Of a stretch of 54,674 bases of DNA, positions 28,240-36,149 are shown in pieces (within the stretch, counting starts at the first letter, position 1; every line of letters starts with the position of its first letter). Origin of the DNA: Gallionellaceae bacterium. Its GTDB lineage: Bacteria > Pseudomonadota > Gammaproteobacteria > Burkholderiales > Gallionellaceae. Below the pieces are notes generated by a model. That model was not told the DNA's origin, did no database searches, and worked only from the letters and a program-made list of their open reading frames with translations. Location: the NCBI GenBank assembly GCA_041488395.1, contig JBGPPE010000001.1, positions 1 through 54,674 of the forward strand. Direction: 5' to 3'. A program made the translations under genes and the position numbers.

Positions 28240-29682
28240 CTAGCCCGAGATTAATTCCTGTGCCCGCTTCACCCAGTCGCGCACCAGTTCGTTGCCGCCA
28301 TCATGCGATGGCTGCTCCAGCTCCGGCCAGCGCCGCCCCAGCTCATTCACCATGTCGCGCATTTTCCAGACGAATTCCTGGTACAGGCTTTCCAGCTCCA
28401 GCGCTTCGGCGCTGTGATCTTCCAGCACGTCGGTAAGCTGGCCGACAGCCTGGCCGTTAAAGCCCGCATCTTCCAGCACATGCCTGAGCATGTGGATATT
28501 CACGCTCAGGAACATCAAGGCTTCGTTGTCGCGATGCGCATCCAGTTGCGGCAGAAAGCGGGCGTTCCAGTCGGCAAAAAAATCCGCCATCTTCTGCAGG
28601 GTAATGCGCAGCTGGTCCACGCTGACCTTGCGCGCCTGCCCTTCTGCACCCGCCGCATCCAGCACCTCGAGCATATGGCTGACGGCTGCGCTATCAAGCT
28701 GGTGGCGCATGTTGAGCTTGAGCGTGGTCTCGATGCGAGTCAGCTCGGTGTTCTCACCGCCGCGATACAGGCTTGCCACCAGTTCGGCCACGGCCAGTAT
28801 GCGCCCCAGCCGCCCCAGCTCATCCTGCTTGAGACCGCGCGGATAGCCGCTGCCATCCAGCCGCTCATGGTGCTCCAGCACGGCTGTGCTGACCGCCGGA
28901 TAATATTCCTTGAACTCCTTAAGCAGCATATACATGGACAGGGGATGCACGTAGAAATGCTTGCGTTCATCGACCGTCAGCGTGCGCTTGCGATCCATCA
29001 GCGCCGGGTCGATATGCAATTCGCCCAGGTCGTGAAACAGACCGGCCGTGGCCAGCTGCACGAGCTGGGTCTGGTCCAGATCTGCCTTGAAGCCGAGAAA
29101 AGCGCTGAACATTGCGCTCTCCACGCTGTGCTCGAACAGCGCCGGCATTTTTTCCTGCGCGATAGTCAGCTTGAACGCCAGCTGTTGATTCAGGGGTATC
29201 TGTTCAATGACCTTGAGGATGGATTGCGCCGGTTTGAGTGCCTCCTGCATGCGCACCAGCAGGGGCAATCTGTCAAAGCGCTGCCTGGCACACTCCAGCA
29301 GGGTTTCCCTGCTGACTGCATTGGCAACACTAAGCGACTCTTCCAGCCTTGAACGCAACTTGTGGTTGACGATGCGCTCATACATGGCGCTATTGATGCG
29401 CGCCCCGGCGCTCAGCAATTTAACGCCGCCGTAAGAATAAATATCGCGGCAAACCACAATTTCGCGCGTTTCTCCGGTATCGGTGACATGCTTCTTGTAG
29501 TGTGCGTCGTCGAGATCGGCTTGCATGGCAAAGAAATAAAAATAATTGGAAAAATTATACCCTCGTGAGCGCGGAGCAATCACGTTTTCCTCAACAAAAT
29601 TAGACACTCCTTCAGATGGGTTCTGCCCCGGCGAAAGTTTGCGGTATAGTTTCCGCATCTTCGCTACAGGAGTGTGCTTCAT
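28240..29682 (-). CDS. HD-GYP domain protein (putative c-di-GMP phosphodiesterase) with a long N-terminal region
   Basis: HDLGELHI ... HHERLDGSGYPRGL (HD and GYP motifs). The start is uncertain: ATG 29682 has no clear RBS, and the alternative is ATG 29658. Confidence 0.85.
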   Translation of the reverse strand: MKHTPVAKMRKLYRKLSPGQNPSEGVSNFVEENVIAPRSRGYNFSNYFYFFAMQADLDDAHYKKHVTDTGETREIVVCRDIYSYGGVKLLSAGARINSAMYERIVNHKLRSRLEESLSVANAVSRETLLECARQRFDRLPLLVRMQEALKPAQSILKVIEQIPLNQQLAFKLTIAQEKMPALFEHSVESAMFSAFLGFKADLDQTQLVQLATAGLFHDLGELHIDPALMDRKRTLTVDERKHFYVHPLSMYMLLKEFKEYYPAVSTAVLEHHERLDGSGYPRGLKQDELGRLGRILAVAELVASLYRGGENTELTRIETTLKLNMRHQLDSAAVSHMLEVLDAAGAEGQARKVSVDQLRITLQKMADFFADWNARFLPQLDAHRDNEALMFLSVNIHMLRHVLEDAGFNGQAVGQLTDVLEDHSAEALELESLYQEFVWKMRDMVNELGRRWPELEQPSHDGGNELVRDWVKRAQELISG

Positions 29683-31048
29683 GCGTGATCAAAAATATAT
29701 CCGGCGCCTGACGCGGGATTTGCCGCAATGGGTGGAGCGCGGCTGGGTGCAGCCCGGTGCCGAGCAGAATATTCTGGCTTATGCGGAATCGCAGCACACG
29801 GGCAACGAACGCATGGTCATCGCGCTTACACTGATGGGCGTGCTGCTGCTGGGCAGCGGCATCATCACCTTCTTCGCCGCACACTGGGCGGGCATGAGCA
29901 AGCTGGTCAAGCTGCTGGTGCTGTTTGGCGGCATGAGCAGCACCTACATTGCCGCCGGCATCACCACTGCGCGCGGCAACCTGCCGCGCCTCAGCCAGGG
30001 CTTGTGGCTGCTCGGTGTCATCCTGTTTGGCGCCAACATCATGCTGATCGCGCAGATTTACAACATCGATTCACACTACCCCAACGGCGTGCTGCTGTGG
30101 GCACTGGGCGGCCTGCTGGTGGCCTATGTCATCCCGGTACAGGCCACGCTAAACGCGGCCATCTGCCTTGCCCTGCTGTGGACCGGCATGGAAAGCATGG
30201 ATTTCAACCGCAACTTCCACTGGCCTTTCCTGCTGTTCTGGCTGGCCTGTTTGCCGCTCATTTACCGCCACAGCTGGTTGCGCGCGCTGCATCTTGCACT
30301 GCTCGCCCTGCTGCTGTGGAGCAGCTTCAGTTACTCCAATATCCTGTGGGATTATCAGGGCAGCGTCCAACAGGGCGCACCGCTCTATCTGATGCAGATT
30401 TACTTCCTCGGCTACCTGGCGCTGTTTGTCGGCGGCCTGCTGCTGGAGCAGCGTGAAGACACGCGCAAACTGGCGCCGATTACCCAGCACTACGCGGTGT
30501 TTGCCGCCTTGTGCGCCTTCTTTGCACTGACCTTTCCGGAAATCCAGCGCAGCTACACCTGGCTGCACGGCGCAGAAGGACGTATGCCTGCCAACGCCGT
30601 GTGGCTGGGTGTCACGCTGCTCGCCGCTGCCGTGCTGGCAGCGCTGGTGCGCAAGCAGCAGCTCGCCCGGCCAGCCGCGCCGGTGCCCACTTACCTGAAA
30701 TGGGGGCGCGCCCTGCTCGCCGCCCTGCTCGCTTTGATGCTGGTCAACCTGTTCCTGCCGGGCAGCGCGGGCGGGCAGATGGCGCTGGCGTTCAACCTGC
30801 TGTTTTTCGCCGCACTGGTATGGCTGTTATTCCATGCCCTGCACAGCGGTGACCGCACCCTGCTGAATTTTTCCTTCCTGTTTTTCGCGGCCTGGCTGCT
30901 CAGCCGTTATTTCGATACCTTCTGGACCCTGCTCGACCGCTCCATGTTCTTTATCGCCGGTGGCCTCGTGCTGATGGCCGGCGGCTACTTCCTGGAAGGG
31001 CAGCGGCGCAAATTCAACCAGCGCATTGTGCAGGCGAGGGAGCAATAA
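29681..31048 (+). CDS. Polytopic membrane protein, DUF2157-type (possibly fused to a DUF4401-like region)
   Basis: An AGGAG RBS 8 nt upstream. N-terminal LPQWVERGWV...IL.Y is typical of DUF2157. About 12 predicted TM helices. Confidence 0.7.
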   Translation: MRDQKYIRRLTRDLPQWVERGWVQPGAEQNILAYAESQHTGNERMVIALTLMGVLLLGSGIITFFAAHWAGMSKLVKLLVLFGGMSSTYIAAGITTARGNLPRLSQGLWLLGVILFGANIMLIAQIYNIDSHYPNGVLLWALGGLLVAYVIPVQATLNAAICLALLWTGMESMDFNRNFHWPFLLFWLACLPLIYRHSWLRALHLALLALLLWSSFSYSNILWDYQGSVQQGAPLYLMQIYFLGYLALFVGGLLLEQREDTRKLAPITQHYAVFAALCAFFALTFPEIQRSYTWLHGAEGRMPANAVWLGVTLLAAAVLAALVRKQQLARPAAPVPTYLKWGRALLAALLALMLVNLFLPGSAGGQMALAFNLLFFAALVWLLFHALHSGDRTLLNFSFLFFAAWLLSRYFDTFWTLLDRSMFFIAGGLVLMAGGYFLEGQRRKFNQRIVQAREQ

Positions 31049-31049
31049 C

Positions 31050-31637
31050 ATGAACAACATCAAGCTAACCCTGCGTGTGCTCCTGATCCTGGCCGTGCAA
31101 ATCGTCGCCCTGCTGGGCATGATAGGCATCAAGCAATGGACGCTGAACAGCGGCACGCCGGTGATACTGGAAACCGCACCGATAGACCCGCGCTCGCTGT
31201 TCAGCGGCGACTATGTGCGCCTGAACTACACCATCAGCACCCTCACCCTGGACCCGCTAGCCGGCGACAAGGAGTTCAAGCGCCACGACACCGTGTATGT
31301 CGTGCTGCAAGCCGCCGAGCCCTATGCCACGCCCGTTTCGGCCCATCACCAGATGCCGCAGCTGGCCAGCGGCCAGGTCGCGCTCAAGGGCGAAGTGGAA
31401 TACGCCAGCAATACGCGCTGGAACCAGCAGACGCGGCAACTGGAGCCGGTGAAGAACCTCAGCGTGCACTATGGCATTGAGAATTATTACGTGCCTGAAG
31501 GCAGCGGGCGCGCGCTGGAACGGCCCGTCGACAATGCCAGGGTGTCGGTGCGCGTGGCGGTGGATCGCTTTGGCGGTGCGGGGATTAGCGCGATCCTGCT
31601 GAACGGCAAGGAGCGTTATGTGGAAAAATTATTATAG
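31050..31637 (+). CDS. GDYXXLXY domain protein
   Basis: N-terminal TM helix, then DPRSLFSGDYVRLNY (the family-defining motif). The start lies 1 nt after the upstream stop. Confidence 0.85.
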   Translation: MNNIKLTLRVLLILAVQIVALLGMIGIKQWTLNSGTPVILETAPIDPRSLFSGDYVRLNYTISTLTLDPLAGDKEFKRHDTVYVVLQAAEPYATPVSAHHQMPQLASGQVALKGEVEYASNTRWNQQTRQLEPVKNLSVHYGIENYYVPEGSGRALERPVDNARVSVRVAVDRFGGAGISAILLNGKERYVEKLL

Positions 31638-31680
31638 CTGCATCCACGCACCTGCAAACTACGCAGCTTCTGTCATGGAT

Positions 31681-31833
31681 TCACTTAATGCAAGTCGCCG
31701 TAATCTGGTGCCGGATGGCAACAAACATCGTGGATAGTACCAGCGGTTTGTCGGCGTACTTCCAGTGCATGTAGCTATCGAATGCGGCAAGAAACCATGC
31801 ATTGAAGCGGCCGCGCACCGGGTTATCAATCAT
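31681..31833 (-). pseudogene. Possible N-terminal fragment of a class I SAM-dependent methyltransferase
   Basis: The 50-aa ORF MIDNPVRGRFNAWFLAAFDSYMHWKYADKPLVLSTMF... resembles methyltransferase N-termini. It stops before any SAM-binding GxGxG motif. Confidence 0.3.
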
Positions 31834-31891
31834 CTCGAACCACTTTCTTTGCGCGAGCCAATAACTCTAAGGCGCCACAGTTGGCAGCATG

Positions 31892-33187
31892 CTAACCAGC
31901 AGCCGCAACCCCTTTGTTTTCATCGCTGGCAAAAGGCCACACTGGCTCAGGCGGAGCCAGCGCAGCCTTTCTGGCAGCCGCTTCGGCTTTCTTGAGTGCT
32001 GCCGCAGCTTTGCGGGCGGCAGCTTCTTCCTGTGCAATCAGCTTGGCCTGGGCAGCGGCCGCTTTGCGCGCTTCCGCTTCTGCTTTCCTGGCAGCGGCCA
32101 GTTCCTGCGCTGCCAGCCTGGCCTGCTCTGCGGCCAGCTTTCTGGCTGCGGCGGCCTCCTGTGCGGCTATTTTTTTGGCTTCCGCTTCTGCTTTTTTCTC
32201 GGCAGCAGCCTGTTGTGCTGCAAGCTTGCGCGCTTCAGCTTCGGCCTTCTTTAGCGCAGCCGCTTCTGCGGCAGCCTGTTTCCTGGCCTCGGCTTCGGCC
32301 CTTTTGGCTGCGGCGGCTTGTTGCGCAGCCAGCTGGCGTGCTTCAGCCTCGGCTTTCCTGGCGGCTGCCGCCTGCTCCGCGGCCAGTTTCTTCGCTTCTG
32401 CTTCCGCCTTCTTCAGCGCAGCGGCTGCTACGGCGGCTTTCTGTTTGGCTTCAGCCTCAGCCTTCTTCGCCGCGGCAGCTTGTTGTGCGGCCAGCTGGCG
32501 TGCTGCGGCCTCGGCCTTCTTCGCGGCAGCGGCCTGTTCTGCAGCCAGTTTCTTCGCCTCTGCTTCCGCTTTCTTCAGTGCTGCGGCTTCTTCGGCGGCT
32601 TTCTGTTTGGCTTCAGCCTCAGCCTTCTTCGCTGCGGCAGCTTGTTGTGCGGCCAGCTGGCGTGCCTCGGCCTCGGCTTTTTTGGCAGCAGCGGCCTGCT
32701 CTGCGGCTAGCTTCTTCGTTTCTGCTGCAGCTTTCTTCATCGCAACAGCTTCTTCTGTGGCTCTCTTTTTGGCTTCAGCCTGTGCCAGTCTGGCTGCGGC
32801 CGCCTCTTGTGCACGCAGCCGCGCCTGTTCCTGTGCCAGCTTTTTGGCAGCGGCGGCCTCCTGTGCGGCCAGGGCTTTGGCTACCCGGGCAGCCTCGGCA
32901 TCGGCACGCGCCTTTTCACCAGCTTCCTTCGCAGCGAGCATTTCCTGTTCGGCGCTGGTCTTCTTTTCCATCGCTGCCGCATAGGCTGCACGCGCCTGAT
33001 TGGCAGCGTCCTCTTTTTGCGCGGCGATAATCTGTTTGGCTGCGAGCGCCTGCCTGGCTTCTGCCTCGGCCTGATTGGCGGCGAGCATTGATTTGTTGGC
33101 GAGGGTTAACATTTTTTCGGCTGCGGCTGCGTTCTTCGCCGTGCGAATTTCATCTGATGTCAATTTAACCTTCATCACCTCTGACAT
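31892..33187 (-). CDS. Ala/Lys/Glu-rich tandem-repeat protein of unknown function (TolA-domain-II-like composition, no anchor)
   Basis: A GAGGAG RBS 6 nt upstream of the ATG at 33187. The N- and C-termini are unique, and the centre is about 11 copies of an 18-aa unit. The plus-strand ORFs over the same DNA are low-complexity shadows. Confidence 0.7.
   Translation of the reverse strand: MSEVMKVKLTSDEIRTAKNAAAAEKMLTLANKSMLAANQAEAEARQALAAKQIIAAQKEDAANQARAAYAAAMEKKTSAEQEMLAAKEAGEKARADAEAARVAKALAAQEAAAAKKLAQEQARLRAQEAAAARLAQAEAKKRATEEAVAMKKAAAETKKLAAEQAAAAKKAEAEARQLAAQQAAAAKKAEAEAKQKAAEEAAALKKAEAEAKKLAAEQAAAAKKAEAAARQLAAQQAAAAKKAEAEAKQKAAVAAAALKKAEAEAKKLAAEQAAAARKAEAEARQLAAQQAAAAKRAEAEARKQAAAEAAALKKAEAEARKLAAQQAAAEKKAEAEAKKIAAQEAAAARKLAAEQARLAAQELAAARKAEAEARKAAAAQAKLIAQEEAAARKAAAALKKAEAAARKAALAPPEPVWPFASDENKGVAAAG
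32138..32737. repeat. Coding tandem repeat: 54-bp unit nested in a 162-bp higher-order period (about 3.7 copies)
   Basis: The string beginning ctgtttggcttcagcctcagccttcttcgc at 32441 recurs at 32603 (offset 162) with single-base differences. A more diverged copy lies about 162 bp upstream. Confidence 0.85.
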
Positions 33188-33413
33188 TTACTTCTCCTCA
33201 CAAAACGTTAATCAGTTCACTACGGGACAGCTGAATTTACCTCAGCGTTTTCCTCATTCACACACGGTATTACAACATGACCAGCGCACTCCGCGCGCAG
33301 AATTTTTCGCGCCGGTCTTGCTGATGCAAGCAGCATTTATCACACCCGGATTACGATACAGAACGATCGTTCTTGTGTCAATTCTGCCCAGACAAACTGC
33401 TTGCCCAGCCGGA

Positions 33414-33440
33414 CAAATGCCCGCACTGGGCGGGCATTTG
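33414..33440 (-). terminator. GC-rich hairpin downstream of rimO (terminator-like, no U-tract)
   Basis: caaatgcccgc-actgg-gcgggcatttg is an 11-bp perfect stem, 46 nt after the rimO stop. Confidence 0.35.
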
Positions 33441-33485
33441 CTGGCACATCAATCTGCTCGCCAGTTACAACGGTTGTCCGTGCGC

Positions 33486-34826
33486 TCAGGCCAGCTCAGC
33501 CCACAGGTCATGTGCGTCCGAATCGGTGATGCGCACCGTCACAAAATCTCCTACCTGCAAGTCCTGGCCGTCGTCGATGTAGACTGCACCGTCGATGTCC
33601 GGCGCATCGGCTGCGCTGCGCGCGATGGCGCCCTCTTCGTCCACTTCATCCACCAGCACCTGCATGGTCTTGCCCACCTTGCGCTTGAGGCGCTCTGCAC
33701 TGATTTCTTCCTGCAGCTGCATCAATCGGCCGAGGCGTTCCTGCTGCACTTCGGGCGGCACGTGGTCGGGCAATTCATTGGCGAGCGCGCCTTCCACCGG
33801 CGAGTACATGAAGGCGCCGACGCGGTCGAGTTGCGCTTCTTCGAGGAAGTCGAGCAGCTCTTCAAATTCTTCTTCAGTCTCGCCGGGGAAGCCGACGATA
33901 AAGGTGCTGCGCAGGGTGATCTCGGGGCAGATCTCGCGCCATTGCTTGATGCGCGCCAGCACGTTCTCGGCATTGGCCGGACGCTTCATCAGCTTGAGGA
34001 TGCGCTGGTTGGCGTGCTGGAACGGGATGTCGAGGTAAGGCAATATTTTGCCTTCCGCCATCAGCGGGATCACCTCATCCACATGCGGATAGGGATAGAC
34101 GTAATGCAGGCGCACCCAGACTTTCGATCCATCCGGCCCGGCCAGCTCGCCCATGGCCTGCACCAGCTCGGTCATGCGCGTCTTCAGCGGGCGGCCGTTC
34201 CAGAAGCCGGTGCGGTATTTCACGTCCACGCCATAGGCGCTGGTGTCCTGCGAGATCACCAGCAGTTCCTTCACGCCGGCCTTCACCAGGTTTTGCGTTT
34301 CCTGCATCACCTCGCCCACCGGGCGGCTGACCAGGTCGCCGCGCAGGCTGGGGATAATGCAGAAGGTGCAGCGGTGGTTGCAACCTTCGGAAATTTTGAC
34401 ATAGGCAAAATGCTTCGGTGTCAGGCGAATTCCCTGTGGCGGTACCAGATCGGTGTAGGGGTCATGCGGCATTGGCAAGCTCGCGTGCACAGCCTCCATC
34501 ACCTCATCGGTCGCGTGCGGGCCGGTTACCGCCAGCACCTTGGGGTGTGCCTGCCTGACCACATCACCCTTGGCACCGAGACAGCCGGTGACAATGACCT
34601 TGCCGTTCTCGGCCAGCGCTTCGCCGATCGCTTCGAGCGATTCTTCCACCGCGCTGTCGATAAAGCCGCAGGTGTTGACCACCACCAGATCGGAATCCTG
34701 GTAGCTGCCGGAGATCAGGTAGCCCTCGGCGCGCAGACGCGTAAGGATGTGCTCTGAATCCACGGTAGCCTTGGGGCAACCGAGGGAGACAAAGCCTACG
34801 CGCGGCGGATTATTTTGTTTGCTCAT
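33486..34826 (-). CDS. rimO: Ribosomal protein S12 methylthiotransferase
   Basis: [17 protein letters not shown]-terminus, radical-SAM CNHRCTFC motif and a TRAM C-terminus. Confidence 0.93.
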   Translation of the reverse strand: MSKQNNPPRVGFVSLGCPKATVDSEHILTRLRAEGYLISGSYQDSDLVVVNTCGFIDSAVEESLEAIGEALAENGKVIVTGCLGAKGDVVRQAHPKVLAVTGPHATDEVMEAVHASLPMPHDPYTDLVPPQGIRLTPKHFAYVKISEGCNHRCTFCIIPSLRGDLVSRPVGEVMQETQNLVKAGVKELLVISQDTSAYGVDVKYRTGFWNGRPLKTRMTELVQAMGELAGPDGSKVWVRLHYVYPYPHVDEVIPLMAEGKILPYLDIPFQHANQRILKLMKRPANAENVLARIKQWREICPEITLRSTFIVGFPGETEEEFEELLDFLEEAQLDRVGAFMYSPVEGALANELPDHVPPEVQQERLGRLMQLQEEISAERLKRKVGKTMQVLVDEVDEEGAIARSAADAPDIDGAVYIDDGQDLQVGDFVTVRITDSDAHDLWAELA

Positions 34827-34858
34827 GAATCAGTACCTAAAAAAATACAGAAGCTCTA

Positions 34859-34936
34859 TCCGCAGATTAAACAGATTACTCAGATCACTCGGTTGCCAGA
34901 TTTTGAATCTGCGTCAATCTGCGTAATCTGCGGACA
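34859..34936. repeat. CGCAGATTA-type palindromic intergenic element, copy B
   Basis: atccgcagattaaacagattactcagat ... gaatctgcgtcaatctgcgtaatctgcggac. Confidence 0.8.
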
Positions 34937-34943
34937 AAGAAGA

Positions 34944-35720
34944 TTATTCCGCCAGCACAGCGCCCATCAGCGCCACCGTGCCCACGCCCAGCAGGATCAG
35001 CACCACCTGGTGCAGGGTATCGCGCAATTGCGCGCGTTTGTGCAGGCCGGGAATCAGGTCGGCCACGGCCACGTAGATCATGCTTGCCGCGGCCAGCGCC
35101 AGCAATGAAGATATCCACGACTGCATGGTCTGCAGGGTGAAGTAACCCAGGATGCCGCCCAGCACGGCGGCGAAGCTGGAGATCAGGTTCAGCCACAGCG
35201 CCTTGGACTTGCTGTAGCCGGAATGCAGCAGGATGGCGAAGTCGCCCACCTCTTGCGGAATCTCATGCGCGATGATGGCCAGCGCAGTGACAATGCCGAG
35301 GTGAATGTCGGTGAGGAAAGCGGCAGCGATGATGATGCCATCGACAAAGTTGTGGAAGGTATCCCCCACCATGATCATCAGGCCGCTGCGGCCGTGGTCG
35401 TTGGCGGCCGGCGCCTGCAGCTCGTGCGCCTCGCAGTCTTCATGATGGCAGTGCCGCCACAGCACCAGTTTTTCCAGGATGAAAAACAGCAGGATGCCGC
35501 CCAGTACGGTAGCACTCAGCCGCGCCACATTGCTGGTCAGCGTAATCGCTTCCGGCAGGATTTCGAGAAACACGGCGCCCAGCAACGCGCCGATGGCGTA
35601 GCTCACCATCGAGCCCACATAATGCTGTGCACGGGAATTCAGCGCAATCACTGCGGCGCCAAGCACGCTCAACACGCCGCCGGCGATGCTGGCGGCAATA
35701 ATCCAGGCGAAAACGCTCAT
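34944..35720 (-). CDS. ZIP-family divalent metal transporter (ZupT-like)
   Basis: HNFVDGIIIAAAF and HEIPQEVGDFAILL motifs, plus a His-rich loop HCHHEDCEAH. Confidence 0.88.
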   Translation of the reverse strand: MSVFAWIIAASIAGGVLSVLGAAVIALNSRAQHYVGSMVSYAIGALLGAVFLEILPEAITLTSNVARLSATVLGGILLFFILEKLVLWRHCHHEDCEAHELQAPAANDHGRSGLMIMVGDTFHNFVDGIIIAAAFLTDIHLGIVTALAIIAHEIPQEVGDFAILLHSGYSKSKALWLNLISSFAAVLGGILGYFTLQTMQSWISSLLALAAASMIYVAVADLIPGLHKRAQLRDTLHQVVLILLGVGTVALMGAVLAE

Positions 35721-35803
35721 GGCTCAGTTCAGGAAATATTCGAGGGGCGGATTATACCAAAGGCAGGCCCCCTGCTCCGAGCCAAGTTTATGGGCGTGCG
35801 GGA

Positions 35804-36022
35804 TTATCTGCGTGAGTCCAGATACAGATCTTCGACTTTCTCTCTTGCCCACGGAGTCTTGCGCAAAAACTTCAGGCTCGATTTCATGCTGGGGTCATGG
35901 GTAAAACAGCGTATCGCGATGAGCTTGCCCAGTCCTTCCCAGCCGTAGTGTTCGACCAGGCGGGTCAGGACCTGTTCCAGCGTAATGCCATGCAGTGGAT
36001 TGTTGATTTGCGAGGAGTTCAT
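35804..36022 (-). CDS. DUF2132 (VF530-like) small protein
   Basis: [24 protein letters not shown]...[13 protein letters not shown] pattern. The start was chosen at MNSSQ (36022). Confidence 0.72.
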   Translation of the reverse strand: MNSSQINNPLHGITLEQVLTRLVEHYGWEGLGKLIAIRCFTHDPSMKSSLKFLRKTPWAREKVEDLYLDSRR

Positions 36023-36149
36023 GGAGAAAAAGTATAGCACCCCATGAAATGTGCGGTGGCACCATCACTCGCCTTCCCCTGTACGCTCCATGGCTAATCT
36101 GCCACAGAAGTAGCGTAAAATGGCGGCCCTTCAGCTCATCTGCCCGCGC

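Noticed and set aside
31914-33030. Plus-strand ORFs of 344-356 aa across the Ala-rich repeat region (poly-Ala/Ser/Cys/Phe or Leu/Pro/Arg translations).
   Set aside because: They are artefacts of the GCN-periodic repeat. They have no RBS or plausible termini, whereas the minus-strand frame has a strong RBS and unique ends.
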